Below are positions 47,989 to 58,064 of a DNA stretch of 64,000 bases, in pieces; position 1 is the first letter of the stretch; each line of letters opens with the position of its first letter. Position numbers and translations under genes: made by a program. This DNA comes from Euryarchaeota archaeon UBA23. Lineage in GTDB: Archaea > Thermoplasmatota > Poseidoniia > Poseidoniales > Thalassarchaeaceae. Under the pieces are notes generated by a model. That model did not search any database. It was given only the letters and a program-made list of their open reading frames with translations, and was not told where the DNA came from. The stretch is taken from the NCBI GenBank assembly GCA_002498725.1, contig DAIJ01000008.1:5598-69597 (forward strand), given 5' to 3'.

Positions 47989-48384
47989 CTAAGCAATTAC
48001 AGAACCAGGCACTACATCTTCGGGTAATTCTAGAAGTTTGACTGTTCCATCTGCTGCTAGGGCTCCTAAAACAAGAAATTGGCTGGCGAATCCTGTTGGA
48101 AGTGTTTTGTCTCCAAGATTTATTGCACCCACTACCATCCTGCCAATGAGTTCAGATTTAAGATAATTAGTGATTTGAGCGCTACTCTGAAGACTGCCAA
48201 CTACTGGCCCAAAGTCGACCGTTATTTTGTAAGACGGTTTTCGCATCTCTGGAAAATCTTCAACTTGCGTAATTATTCCTGTTCTGAGATCCAATGCAAC
48301 AAATTCGCCAAAGCCAACATATTCTTTCCTGTCTTGCGTTTTTGGATCATAAGGCAATCCTTCAGGATCTATCTCGTGGCTCAT
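47989..48384 (-). CDS. tRNA-binding OB-fold protein (CsaA/Trbp111/EMAP-II-like)
   Basis: FVALDLRTGIITQVEDFP...KPSYKITVDFG...GRMVVGAINL pattern of Myf-type tRNA-binding domains; 131 aa. Confidence 0.7.
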   Translation of the reverse strand: MSHEIDPEGLPYDPKTQDRKEYVGFGEFVALDLRTGIITQVEDFPEMRKPSYKITVDFGPVVGSLQSSAQITNYLKSELIGRMVVGAINLGDKTLPTGFASQFLVLGALAADGTVKLLELPEDVVPGSVIA

Positions 48385-48393
48385 TTAATCACC

Positions 48394-48978
48394 TCACTCT
48401 TCAGTAACATCTGAACGGAGTAAGAGTGGAATGAGATTCACTCCGGCTTCCTTGAAGGCTTCCAAACCACCTTCTTCTCGATCGAGAATAGTGATACAGG
48501 CTACCACTTCGCAGCCAATCTCTGAGAGTCTTGTTGCTGCTTTCAAAGCGGAACCACCCGTAGTCGTCACGTCCTCAAGAAGAACGATACGATCTCCGGT
48601 GTTTAGAGTGGATCCCTCTATTCCAGGAGGGTTGCCGGTCTTTCTACCACCTCTGCCCTTCGCTTCTTTTCGAACTATGAATCCACGAAGATTCGATGCT
48701 TTTGATGCCTTTGCGATTGCAATTCCTGTCAGAGGCACTGCACCTAATTCGAGTCCCCCGACGGCATCTACACCCCCTAGGTTGTCAATTGAGGAGTGGA
48801 TTAGTACTCCAATTAAGTGAGCTGCTTCTGGATCCATCATTACTGGTTTCATATCAAAAAAGTGAGGGCTTTGACGTCCGCTAGCGAGTGTGAATAAATC
48901 GTCTGGTGAGTGCAAATATGCCAATTCACGGACCTTTTTGATTAGGCCCTGACGTGCGTTTTCGACTGTAGTCGACAT
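48394..48978 (-). CDS. pyrE: Orotate phosphoribosyltransferase
   Basis: PRPP-binding motif RIVLLEDVTTTGGS and GFIVRKEAKGRG. About 190 aa. Confidence 0.85.
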   Translation of the reverse strand: MSTTVENARQGLIKKVRELAYLHSPDDLFTLASGRQSPHFFDMKPVMMDPEAAHLIGVLIHSSIDNLGGVDAVGGLELGAVPLTGIAIAKASKASNLRGFIVRKEAKGRGGRKTGNPPGIEGSTLNTGDRIVLLEDVTTTGGSALKAATRLSEIGCEVVACITILDREEGGLEAFKEAGVNLIPLLLRSDVTEE

Positions 48979-49103
48979 GGTTCTCTTTCATCCGGAGAGG
49001 CTATTGTGAGAATAAGGTTCGCACTATTTATCTAATTCGAGTGCAAACGAGGAAGGTTAGCATCAATGTTCTTGGACGGTCTTCTACGGTCATTGAATGT
49101 TAG

Positions 49104-52100
49104 GTGACGGGGGTAGTGGCGATGACAGGAAATGATTCACTTCAAATCGTAATCGATGAAGTGCGTTTGAACTCTGAAATGGAGGCTTATTCCAATTGGT
49201 TAGACGAACGTACTGAAGAGGCTTACAAAGTCGCGGCAAAGGCCAAACAAAAGCGTGTTGATTTTTCAGAAAAGGTAGAGATTCCAAGAGCGGCAGATCT
49301 TGCTAGTAGAACTGAAAAGTTACTTGAAGAATATCTGAGACCTGAACCTGATCAAGATCCAATCCAAATTCAAGATGATTTAAGGAAATTACTTTCCAAA
49401 GAAGATAGGGAAACTGCATCCATTCGGATTGCGGTTGAAACCGCAAAAAAGATGCATGCGCTTACTTCTGATGTAAGACGCTCAATTGACACAGGACTAA
49501 GGGTTGGTTTAGCAGTTCTAACAGAAGCGGTTTTAGTCGCGCCACTTGAAGGAATTGGAGATGTTAAGATACTAAATAACGAAGATGGTACTGAATTTCT
49601 TTCTATAGAATTCTGTGGGCCAATTAGAGCCGCGGGGGGGACTGCTCAAGCACTGGGTGTAATGATTGGAGACATGGTCCGAAGAGAATTAGGACTCAAT
49701 CGCTACATACCTACGACTCCCGAAGTTGAAAGGGTAAAGGAAGAATTTGGGCTATACAGAGTTGGATTACAATACAAACCAACTCCTGAAGAAATAGAGA
49801 TTATTGTGCGATCTTGCCCTGTGATGATTAATGGAGAGCCTACTGAGCAACAAGAATGTTCCAGCTACAAAGAAGTCCGTAATATCGACAGTTCTCGTGT
49901 CCGTGGAGGGGTGATGTTAGTTATCGGAGAAGGTCTATGTCTGAAGGCTCCAAAGATCCAAAAACATACAGAAAGGTTAGATATACAAGGTTGGGAATTC
50001 ATAGGAAGGTTTGCCTCAAAGGGTAAATCAGAAGATGATCAAATAAAGAAATTCAAGGCTAGAACTATTCCTAAAAATGAACGCTTTTTGGATGATGTTA
50101 TTGCTGGGAGGCCTGTTTTTTCGGGGCCTAATTCTGCTGGTGGTTTTAGATTAAGATATGGACGAAGTAGGGCGTCTGGACTGGCGGCTGCAGGCATTAA
50201 TCCGGTATCAATGGAGGCTATGGGATCATTTCTATCCGTAGGAACTCAAATGAAAGTTGAAAGACCTGGTAAAGCCGCCGCCGTTACCCCAGCAAAAGAC
50301 ATAGATGGACCTACAGTTTTACTTGATGATGGAGCGTATATTCGCATTGATACCATCGAAGAGTGGCGAGAAATTGCCGATAGAGTAGATACAATATGGG
50401 ATTCGGGAGAAATGCTAGTTGGATTTGGAGAATTCCTTGAAAATAACAAAAACTTAGTTCCATCTGCGTACAATAGAGACTGGTTTGCCTCCGAATTAGC
50501 AGAAATTTTGGACCAACCGAGTAAGGTTGATCGTTTGGCTGAAATCCTGCAACTATCTCGTGAAGATATGCCTCCGGGTTTACCATTCAATGGGGCAATC
50601 TCTCGAGGAGGGGAGGAAAAATTCAAGAGAATGATTAGGAGGAGAGACTGGGATCGGTATCTGCGAAATATTAGCCTAAATTGGTTACAGGTTAGCGCCC
50701 TTTCTACTGAATTTGGCACTGCGATACCCCCTCCTTGGAATCCATGGTGGTCTGACTTATCATTGACATTAGTCAATGATTTGGTTAGGGCTTTGTTAAA
50801 CGGCTATATAGAAGCAGAAAAACTAGTAATTCCAAATGTAGTTGGTGATTGGAACGTTACTTCTAAGGAGAATATGAACCTAAGCCAAGAAAATTATTCT
50901 GAACGACATGGGAAGGTTAAATCTAGTTTGATGATTCTAGGAATTAGCCACATACACGTGGGCGATGATATTGTGATCCCTAGTCATTGGGAGGCTTTAC
51001 TTGAAGGATTGGGGTTGAAAGAAAATGAAGGAAAGATATTACAACACTCTGATGCTGGAATGCATGTCAAAGATAGAGAAGGAAAAATACTGAATGCACA
51101 AATGATTGTTGATGCTGAAAATAAAAGATTGGAGGATCTTCAACAAAGGAAGAGGGTTGAAAGGGTTCGGGCTGAAACTGCTGCAAGACAAAGAGGTCTC
51201 GGTATTTCAGAAACCGAGGCAGAAGGGTTTGCTGCTGCTGCCTTAATTGAAGACCCAGGAATTCCAAATCTAAGTGAATTAGAAGCCGCAAGAAGAATTC
51301 TGGATGATCATGAAGTTGAAGGATGCTTGTGGCTGGTGCGAAGAATGTCAAATTTGCGTTGGGAAGATTCTGTTCCTTGCAGAGTTGGTTCGAGGATGGG
51401 GCGGCCGGAGAAGGCTTCGCGTCGCGAAATGAAACCAATGGTGCACTCCCTATTCCCAATTGGTGACTATGGTGGACCGCAGAGATTACTCAGTCATGCG
51501 GCTAATCAAGGACAGATAAGGGTAGAAATGGGCCCGAGGATTTGCCAAGATTGTGGGAGAGAGTCTCCCTTCCTAAAATGCCACCATAGACCAGATCCTG
51601 GAAATCCTAAAGAGTGTGGAGGGATTACCAAACCAAGAGAAATTAGAGGAAATCGGAAGCCAAGGAGATTGGGGCAGCGTACAAGTGTGTCTTTAGCAAG
51701 AATACTTGAAGTAAAACGCCGATCTCTAGGGATTGATGTTTTGCCTAAGAAAATCAAAGCTGTAAAGGGATTAATGTCATATCACCAAACTCCAGAACCT
51801 ATTGAAAAAGGGATTCTAAGAGCCCACCATAACGTATCTGTTTTCAGAGATGGAACTGCGCGTTATGACATGATAGATGTTCCAGTAACTCATTTTCGAC
51901 CATGTGAGATTAATTCATCTGTTGAGTCACTGGTGAATCTTGGATATACGCATGATGTAGATGGGCAGGCTCTAGTTAACGAGCAACAAATTGTTGAGTT
52001 GTTTCCTCAGGATTTTATCCCCTCAAGTAAAGCCATTGAACATCTCAGTTCGACGTGTGATTTCGTCGATCAAGAACTAATCAAAATATATGGAGGTGAG

Positions 52101-53072
52101 CCATTCTATAATGTAACTAGAAAAGAAGACTTGTTGGGCCATCTCGCAATAGGACTAGCCCCTCATACTTCAGGAGGAGTACTATGTCGAATAATTGGAT
52201 GGACTAAGGCTTCTGCTGGTTATGCCCATCCACTTTTTCATGCAGCAAAAAGACGTAATTGTGATGGAGATGAAGACAGTATAATGATGCTAATGGATGG
52301 TCTGCTAAATTTCTCAAGACTGATTCTACCCGCCAATCGAGGAGGGCGAATGGATGCACCTCTTGTTCTTACTACCAGACTAAATCCCTTTGAGATAGAT
52401 AAGGAGGCTCTCAATGTGGATTGTGGGTGGTTTTATCCGCGCCACTTCTATGAAGCAACTCAACACCAGCCACATCCTTCTGAATTGAAAAAACACATTG
52501 AAATTGTGGAACATCGCTTAGGTTCAGTGGGAGATTTACGAGGATATGGTTGGACACATGATTCCGGATATCTTGATGCGGGGCCTGCCAACTCTTCATA
52601 CAAAATTCTAGAAACGATGGTGGACAAAATGAGGGCTCAATTAGAATTAGGGAGAATTTTGCGATCTGTGGATGTTTCGAGAGTTGCTAGTCAAGTTATT
52701 GAGTCTCATTTCTTACCAGATTTGAGGGGTAATTTAGTTGCATTTTCTAGACAGAAAGTCCGCTGTGTACGTTGCGGAGCCAAATTCAGAAGAATGCCTT
52801 TGTCTGGGAAGTGTATTGCAAATGTAGCGTTTCAAGATGATGGGGATAGATTAGACAGAAGCAGCGATAATTCATCAATTTGTGGAGGAAATGTCATACT
52901 GACTGTTAGTGAAGGATCTGTGCGTAAGTATATTGAAATCACTCAACATGTTATCGAAAACTATGGTGTTGATCTATATACAAAGCAGCGTGTAGATTGG
53001 TTGTCGGATAGTGTAGATTCATTGTTCAATGACGATACAGTGACTGTGATGACATTAGATGATTTCTTCTGA
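49104..53072 (+). CDS. polC: DNA polymerase II large subunit (PolD DP2), intein-free
   Basis: 1,322 aa. Archaeal DP2 hallmarks include HLAIGLAPHTSGGVLCRIIGWTKASAGYAHPLFHAAKRRNCDGDEDS (catalytic double-psi barrel) and C-terminal Zn-finger cysteines (CQDCG...C, VRCVRCG...C). The length fits a form without inteins. Confidence 0.9.
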   Translation: MTGVVAMTGNDSLQIVIDEVRLNSEMEAYSNWLDERTEEAYKVAAKAKQKRVDFSEKVEIPRAADLASRTEKLLEEYLRPEPDQDPIQIQDDLRKLLSKEDRETASIRIAVETAKKMHALTSDVRRSIDTGLRVGLAVLTEAVLVAPLEGIGDVKILNNEDGTEFLSIEFCGPIRAAGGTAQALGVMIGDMVRRELGLNRYIPTTPEVERVKEEFGLYRVGLQYKPTPEEIEIIVRSCPVMINGEPTEQQECSSYKEVRNIDSSRVRGGVMLVIGEGLCLKAPKIQKHTERLDIQGWEFIGRFASKGKSEDDQIKKFKARTIPKNERFLDDVIAGRPVFSGPNSAGGFRLRYGRSRASGLAAAGINPVSMEAMGSFLSVGTQMKVERPGKAAAVTPAKDIDGPTVLLDDGAYIRIDTIEEWREIADRVDTIWDSGEMLVGFGEFLENNKNLVPSAYNRDWFASELAEILDQPSKVDRLAEILQLSREDMPPGLPFNGAISRGGEEKFKRMIRRRDWDRYLRNISLNWLQVSALSTEFGTAIPPPWNPWWSDLSLTLVNDLVRALLNGYIEAEKLVIPNVVGDWNVTSKENMNLSQENYSERHGKVKSSLMILGISHIHVGDDIVIPSHWEALLEGLGLKENEGKILQHSDAGMHVKDREGKILNAQMIVDAENKRLEDLQQRKRVERVRAETAARQRGLGISETEAEGFAAAALIEDPGIPNLSELEAARRILDDHEVEGCLWLVRRMSNLRWEDSVPCRVGSRMGRPEKASRREMKPMVHSLFPIGDYGGPQRLLSHAANQGQIRVEMGPRICQDCGRESPFLKCHHRPDPGNPKECGGITKPREIRGNRKPRRLGQRTSVSLARILEVKRRSLGIDVLPKKIKAVKGLMSYHQTPEPIEKGILRAHHNVSVFRDGTARYDMIDVPVTHFRPCEINSSVESLVNLGYTHDVDGQALVNEQQIVELFPQDFIPSSKAIEHLSSTCDFVDQELIKIYGGEPFYNVTRKEDLLGHLAIGLAPHTSGGVLCRIIGWTKASAGYAHPLFHAAKRRNCDGDEDSIMMLMDGLLNFSRLILPANRGGRMDAPLVLTTRLNPFEIDKEALNVDCGWFYPRHFYEATQHQPHPSELKKHIEIVEHRLGSVGDLRGYGWTHDSGYLDAGPANSSYKILETMVDKMRAQLELGRILRSVDVSRVASQVIESHFLPDLRGNLVAFSRQKVRCVRCGAKFRRMPLSGKCIANVAFQDDGDRLDRSSDNSSICGGNVILTVSEGSVRKYIEITQHVIENYGVDLYTKQRVDWLSDSVDSLFNDDTVTVMTLDDFF

Positions 53073-53081
53073 GGCAATATT

Positions 53082-53546
53082 ATGTTAACTATAGAGGATG
53101 TTGATAGGGCCCAGCAAGAATGGGGCAATGGCATTGTTGCTATTTCCAAAGCTCACATGAATGGCGAAGATTATGTTGGAATGGCTGCAAATCACATCAA
53201 TACCTTGTATGGGTATCAGATTGGACCAGTATTGTTCAAACCCACCTTGGCAGCAATAGATCAATTCCGTCCAACCTTTGAATCTGCTTTGTCGTACTTC
53301 GTCGCATCAAACAACGCTTGCCCCGAAGACGAAGGTTTTGCGATAAAGGGCTGGACAAAAGTGAGATTTGAGAATAACAAAGTGATTGTCGATGGCAATA
53401 GAGCATTTGCAATGGGAAACTATTTCTTTACCAATTCAGACGGATTGGATGTCAAGGTTGAGTATACATTTGGCTATATCGAGGATGAAAACGCCAACAT
53501 CAAAATCCAACTGCATCACTCATCTATGCCCGCCACCATAGATTGA
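53082..53546 (+). CDS. NTF2-like superfamily protein (CaMKII association-domain-like / DUF4440 / SnoaL-like)
   Basis: N-terminal IEDVDRAQQEWGNGIV and C-terminal IKIQLHHSS motif, as in CaMKII-AD-like proteins. Begins 10 nt after the polD stop. Confidence 0.5.
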   Translation: MLTIEDVDRAQQEWGNGIVAISKAHMNGEDYVGMAANHINTLYGYQIGPVLFKPTLAAIDQFRPTFESALSYFVASNNACPEDEGFAIKGWTKVRFENNKVIVDGNRAFAMGNYFFTNSDGLDVKVEYTFGYIEDENANIKIQLHHSSMPATID

Positions 53547-53576
53547 ATTTTAAGATACGAAAGTCCCGTTTTGTTT

Positions 53577-54383
53577 TCAGACTAGGAATCCAAGATGTTG
53601 CAACACTTTTGACATCCATTTTAGTTTCTCAAGTTTTGTTTCAATATCGGTTATTCCTGACCATTCACCAACGACATCTGTTCGAGTTCCAATTAGGATA
53701 ATGTTATCTCGCTCTATTCCTAATGAACGTACAAAACAAACTGCCCTGTCGCCGTCTGTAAAACCGCCTGGGTTATGCATTCCTCCAATTGAGTGAGGGG
53801 TTTGGTGAGTTAGAATTAATTCCGGCGGGGTTCTTTGGTCTTGGGCGTGTTGAACAAGTGAATCCCAAGATTCTACATTGTCTCCATGTGCATGAAGAAT
53901 GATCGGGATGCTGCGTTTTACAGCGGCTCTAAGACCATCTCCGCCATCTGCATCACTGACTACGCAGACAAGACGAGACCACGCGCGTTCTGACTGAGAT
54001 TCGGGTAGGTTATTCAATACACCACATGCTCCGTCTGCAGCAATTAGCAATGTGTTTCTTTCGAGAATTTTCATAACCTCTGATACACTTATTGCTGCTC
54101 CGAGAATCGCGACACGCGATTCACGTAAAACCAAGCGACGACGTAAAGACGCCAAAGTCTGAGCTCTCCTAGGCCGGGACCAAGATTTAATGTCTTTTTG
54201 CTCTATCTTTTCAAGAAGAGAATATGCACTTCGAACATCATCCTCAAGACTCCAACCGAAGTAATCACGGAATTCATCTTGAATAGAAAGTACTCGTTGA
54301 TCTGCTGGAATGAGATCAATTTTGGTATGTCCCAAGGTTCTACCTCCAGTAGAAGGATACGGTGAGGCTTGATATACCCTCAT
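53577..54383 (-). CDS. MptE-like protein (DUF115; candidate archaeal 6-hydroxymethyl-7,8-dihydropterin pyrophosphokinase)
   Basis: Motifs VAILGAAIS, LLIAADGACG, VVSDADGGDG, ILHAHGDN, TDGDRA resemble the MptE/DUF115 family. Assignment from memory of family motifs. Confidence 0.45.
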   Translation of the reverse strand: MRVYQASPYPSTGGRTLGHTKIDLIPADQRVLSIQDEFRDYFGWSLEDDVRSAYSLLEKIEQKDIKSWSRPRRAQTLASLRRRLVLRESRVAILGAAISVSEVMKILERNTLLIAADGACGVLNNLPESQSERAWSRLVCVVSDADGGDGLRAAVKRSIPIILHAHGDNVESWDSLVQHAQDQRTPPELILTHQTPHSIGGMHNPGGFTDGDRAVCFVRSLGIERDNIILIGTRTDVVGEWSGITDIETKLEKLKWMSKVLQHLGFLV

Positions 54384-54401
54384 GAGTTATACTCAGACAC
54401 T

Positions 54402-55595
54402 ATGCCGATGCCGCTGACTCCACCGCTCATCGAAGATGAGGGTGTACTTGCAAGATATCCATTTCTTCCACAGAGTCGTGATTTTATCAGAATGCAACTT
54501 GGTAAGAACAATATTGATGTTCAAGGACTTATTGAAGAACCGTGGCTTGAAGATGTTAGGAAGAGAGGAAACCTAAGGCTTGTTGAGTCTGTTATGCATC
54601 GTGATGGTATTGATTCTGCAACTACTGTCGACATCTCTTCAGAATTAGGCAGAATGACTGAGGCACTTTCTTTTCTACATGCTATGTTGATTGTTTGTGC
54701 GTCATTTGAAGACCGGTTACTAAACCGCTGGGTAGAAGGTGAATCCAGTAGAGCAGATAGTTTATTTGGAATGGATGAAAATAATTTTGAAGCAATTGCA
54801 AAAACCTATCTTTCTGACATAAGAACTGAAGGAATAACTGATACAAAAGATGTGGTTTATCTTGTTCCAATGGTTGATTATCTTGAATTGTGTCCTAAAA
54901 TCACAGGTAGTTACTGGCGTCTTATAAATCGCCCGGTAAGTGATGGGTGGGTCCGAATGGATGCTGGTTCTGGAGAAAATAGCAGACAGCGTACTGCTAG
55001 ACTACTGAAGGAAAGAGTTCGGCAGTCCCTAACAAATGATTGTAAAGACCGTATGGCTAAGATGGATGATGCATTTGCTAGTATTTTTGCTGATGCAGTG
55101 GATACTATACTAGGACTGTTTAGTGAACAAGTCGCCGCTGAACTACCGATGTCAGCGGCGATAAGAGAAGATTGGCCTCCATGTTTTGAGTCGGCAGTTT
55201 CTGAGCTAGCACAAGGTGTAAATGTAAACCATACAGGACGTCTTTTCCTAGCTTCAATGTCACGTGCGATGGCGCATAGTCAGGAAGTCACATGTTCATT
55301 CTTTGCAAATGCTCCTGATTATAATGCTGAGACGACTACATACCAAGTTAATCACATCTACGAGCGTCAGTATACCCCTCATGGTTGCCAGTCTCTAAAA
55401 ACAGGAGCAAGATGCCCGGTAAGTCACGGAGATGACCGCTTATGTGATCAAGAATGGATGGATCATCCACTCAAATATCTGAGAGCAAAACAAAGACGTC
55501 GTTATCAAAATGAAAGCGAATCTGATTCTAATCAGAATCGCAATGAAAGTCCTGAAGGAGCAAGTAAAACTAACGAATCGTCAGATTCTTCATAG
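54402..55595 (+). CDS. priL: DNA primase large subunit PriL (PriB)
   Basis: C-terminal 4Fe-4S domain with the WPPC motif and further Cys residues (TCSFF, GCQSLK, RCPVSHGDDRLC). Acidic/Ser-rich tail. Start set at MPMPLTPP to avoid overlap with the mptE-like start. Confidence 0.75.
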   Translation: MPMPLTPPLIEDEGVLARYPFLPQSRDFIRMQLGKNNIDVQGLIEEPWLEDVRKRGNLRLVESVMHRDGIDSATTVDISSELGRMTEALSFLHAMLIVCASFEDRLLNRWVEGESSRADSLFGMDENNFEAIAKTYLSDIRTEGITDTKDVVYLVPMVDYLELCPKITGSYWRLINRPVSDGWVRMDAGSGENSRQRTARLLKERVRQSLTNDCKDRMAKMDDAFASIFADAVDTILGLFSEQVAAELPMSAAIREDWPPCFESAVSELAQGVNVNHTGRLFLASMSRAMAHSQEVTCSFFANAPDYNAETTTYQVNHIYERQYTPHGCQSLKTGARCPVSHGDDRLCDQEWMDHPLKYLRAKQRRRYQNESESDSNQNRNESPEGASKTNESSDSS

Positions 55596-55634
55596 AGGAG
55601 AATGTTTTATCGCATCCCGTAAGGGGTATCTGGC

Positions 55635-56813
55635 GTGGTACGAACTCTCGTCTTAACGGTCGATCGAGACAATGATCTTGGAGTTAAGGCGGGAATTAGG
55701 GGACCTGTAATTGGAAGGAAATCTACGTTGAGTGCCGCCCTTAAACTTGGCATTGCAGATCCTGAAGAATCTGATACAAACGCAATTCTTGGAGCCCTAC
55801 ATCATTATGATAGAATCAATGAGCGTGCTGAGACTAATGATGAGGTTGAGATTGCTGTTTTGACAGGGGATGTCCGAGTTGGACCACGGTCAGATCGTGC
55901 TATAGCAAGTCAACTTGATGAAGTAATTCAGGACTTTCAACCTGATACTGCTGTTCTAATTACAGACGGTGCTGATGACGAAGCCTCACTTCCGATTATT
56001 ACTTCAAGAGTCCGAGTAGATCATGTCGAGAAGGTTATAGTTAGACAATCTAAAGGAATTGAAAGCACATACTACTACGTCGCTAAAGCTATTGAAGATC
56101 CACGATGGAGGGCGAGATTGTTGGTTCCAATAGCAATTTTCTTAATGATTCTGGGGCTTGGACTAATTTTGCCAAATGGTGGTGTACTTATTGGCGCGAT
56201 GCCTCTAATTATTGGTATTTGGATTCTAGCAAAGGGGCTTGGTTGGGAACAACAAATGGAACGTTTGATGATAGATATGAGAGAAAGCGCCACAGGGGGA
56301 ATTTGGTCTTCTTTGCTATGGGGCCTCTCTATTGTTTCTTTCTTATTATCGATACTCACAGCATTGCAAGTTTTCTATGGAAGTACAAATGAATTGGAAT
56401 CTTATGTAATTAACACATATCCTGCTATTGATTCATTTAATTTGGATTCTGTAAATCGTAATATTTCGATTTGGATTATTGCAATAGATCAGGCCCTTAC
56501 ATGGATTTTGGTCGCGGCCTTCTCATTCGTGCTTTCATTGGGTGTTCTACGTTGGAAGGAAGGGTCATTTACAGGGCAGAGTATGACTTTGATTGGCCTA
56601 GGTGCGGTTTTTTACACCGTTTCTAAAGCAATGGCAGAGGTTCTTCTTGCAGAATTGGGAGGGGGAGATTATCCTCTAGAATTCACTACAGTTTCAGACA
56701 CCTGGACATTGCCTATATTTGCTCTAATTGTATATTATTTCTTAAGGACAATTGTTGACTCTGTTACTGCAGAAGCGGATGATGATGGAAGTAACCGCTA
56801 TTGGGGAATATGA
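55635..56813 (+). CDS. Conserved archaeal membrane protein (DUF373-like)
   Basis: Soluble N-terminal domain LVLTVDRDNDLGVKAGIRGPVIGR, characteristic of archaeal DUF373 proteins, followed by about 7 TM helices. Confidence 0.5.
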   Translation: MVRTLVLTVDRDNDLGVKAGIRGPVIGRKSTLSAALKLGIADPEESDTNAILGALHHYDRINERAETNDEVEIAVLTGDVRVGPRSDRAIASQLDEVIQDFQPDTAVLITDGADDEASLPIITSRVRVDHVEKVIVRQSKGIESTYYYVAKAIEDPRWRARLLVPIAIFLMILGLGLILPNGGVLIGAMPLIIGIWILAKGLGWEQQMERLMIDMRESATGGIWSSLLWGLSIVSFLLSILTALQVFYGSTNELESYVINTYPAIDSFNLDSVNRNISIWIIAIDQALTWILVAAFSFVLSLGVLRWKEGSFTGQSMTLIGLGAVFYTVSKAMAEVLLAELGGGDYPLEFTTVSDTWTLPIFALIVYYFLRTIVDSVTAEADDDGSNRYWGI

Positions 56814-56814
56814 T

Positions 56815-57249
56815 TCAATTCTCATAGTTGGTTTCTACACCACAAGCCGGACACATTACTAGAATCGGACGTATATCTGGAATACCTAAAGGAGAAGAAC
56901 AAGAGGGGCACATTATTGCTTGACTAACTTGCTTTTGTCGCTTTAAACCGTCATGACTGGGATCATATGAAACTCTGAATTTTTGTGACTCTTCAAGAAA
57001 ATCGGGTGCATTTTCTTCTTCCTTCTTTTTACGTCTTAAGAAGTTAAATCTACTCTTTTTTATATTTGATTTAATTGGTGGTTTTGAAATTCTACTTGAA
57101 GAACTGCCTTCTTGGACTGCCTTCATCTCCTCTCTAACAACTTCTTCTGAGATACCTAATTCACGAGCCAAGCGATCAATCACTAAGTTCTGCTCATACT
57201 CCTCCTTTCCAATTAATTCTTGTAATTGGATTGCAGATAGATGTCCCAT
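56815..57249 (-). CDS. Small HTH plus C-terminal zinc-ribbon protein; unknown function
   Basis: N-terminal HTH-like LVIDRLARELGISEEVVREEM. Basic linker. CPSC...CPAC zinc ribbon. Confidence 0.45.
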   Translation of the reverse strand: MGHLSAIQLQELIGKEEYEQNLVIDRLARELGISEEVVREEMKAVQEGSSSSRISKPPIKSNIKKSRFNFLRRKKKEEENAPDFLEESQKFRVSYDPSHDGLKRQKQVSQAIMCPSCSSPLGIPDIRPILVMCPACGVETNYEN

Positions 57250-57305
57250 GACAATACCTATACTTGGGTTAATGTTTTACTCTTTGAAATACATCCTTAA
57301 TTGAA

Positions 57306-57977
57306 TCATTCTGAGCCGATTGCCCTGTCGAGGAAATCTCCAACTATTTCTCCTTCTGCCTTTACTAACTGTTCTGAAACTGTGGATTTGGATAACCCAA
57401 GTTTGTCGGCTAATTCTCTTATTGATGTTCTCTTTGGCACCTCATACCAGCCATCCTGATGGGCTAATCGGACTACTCTGTGTTGCTGAAGAGTTGGTCC
57501 CTTCTGAATTAGTCCCTCACTTGTTTTGGCACTAGTTACTCTATCAACTAAGATTCTAGAGCGGACATCTGACAAAAAGCGAACCATCTTTTCGTGGCGA
57601 CCTGCAATTTGTAAAACAAGGCCGGCAGATGTAAAGTTGGTTCCGGCAAGAATTGCTAGATCTCCATCATGAAAGTAATGGCCAAGAAAATCTGATGAGA
57701 ATTCCATTGTTACAAGGTGATGAGTTAAAATGTTTGATTGCCATTCTTCGAGAATTTCAACAATTCTAATTCCATTGACAGATGCCCCTGGGCTGGGGCA
57801 TTTCCCATCTACTGTAATACATTCAACCATTAATCTAAGATTACCGTCTACGATGCCAAGCATGGATCTAAAGTCCCAAGATACACACTGCAAGCCTGCA
57901 ATTGCACGTTGGTCGTGTTCTAAAGCAGCAAAGGCGCACTCTATTCTGACTGCTCGCATATGATTGCCTCGCATCAA
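57306..57977 (-). CDS. HTH_10 (Bat/DmsR-type) archaeal transcriptional regulator
   Basis: C-terminal LTLQQHRVVRLAHQDGWYEVPKRTSIRELADKLGLSKSTVSEQLVKAE matches the HTH_10 consensus (LTxRQxEvLxxAxxxGYFxxPR..L.ELAxxLGIS.STvsExLRRAE). Confidence 0.8.
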   Translation of the reverse strand: MMRGNHMRAVRIECAFAALEHDQRAIAGLQCVSWDFRSMLGIVDGNLRLMVECITVDGKCPSPGASVNGIRIVEILEEWQSNILTHHLVTMEFSSDFLGHYFHDGDLAILAGTNFTSAGLVLQIAGRHEKMVRFLSDVRSRILVDRVTSAKTSEGLIQKGPTLQQHRVVRLAHQDGWYEVPKRTSIRELADKLGLSKSTVSEQLVKAEGEIVGDFLDRAIGSE

Positions 57978-58064
57978 TCAGTACCCCCTACCTGTTTTCA
58001 AGGTGCTCAATGACCATTGAAGGTATGAGCGAAAAAAATCGCTCATAACAGTCTTCATTGTAAA

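Noticed and set aside
49104-53072. Intein insertion in PolD DP2
   Set aside because: The length (1,322 aa) and the continuous colinear motifs indicate an intein-free gene. No Hint or homing-endonuclease blocks were seen.
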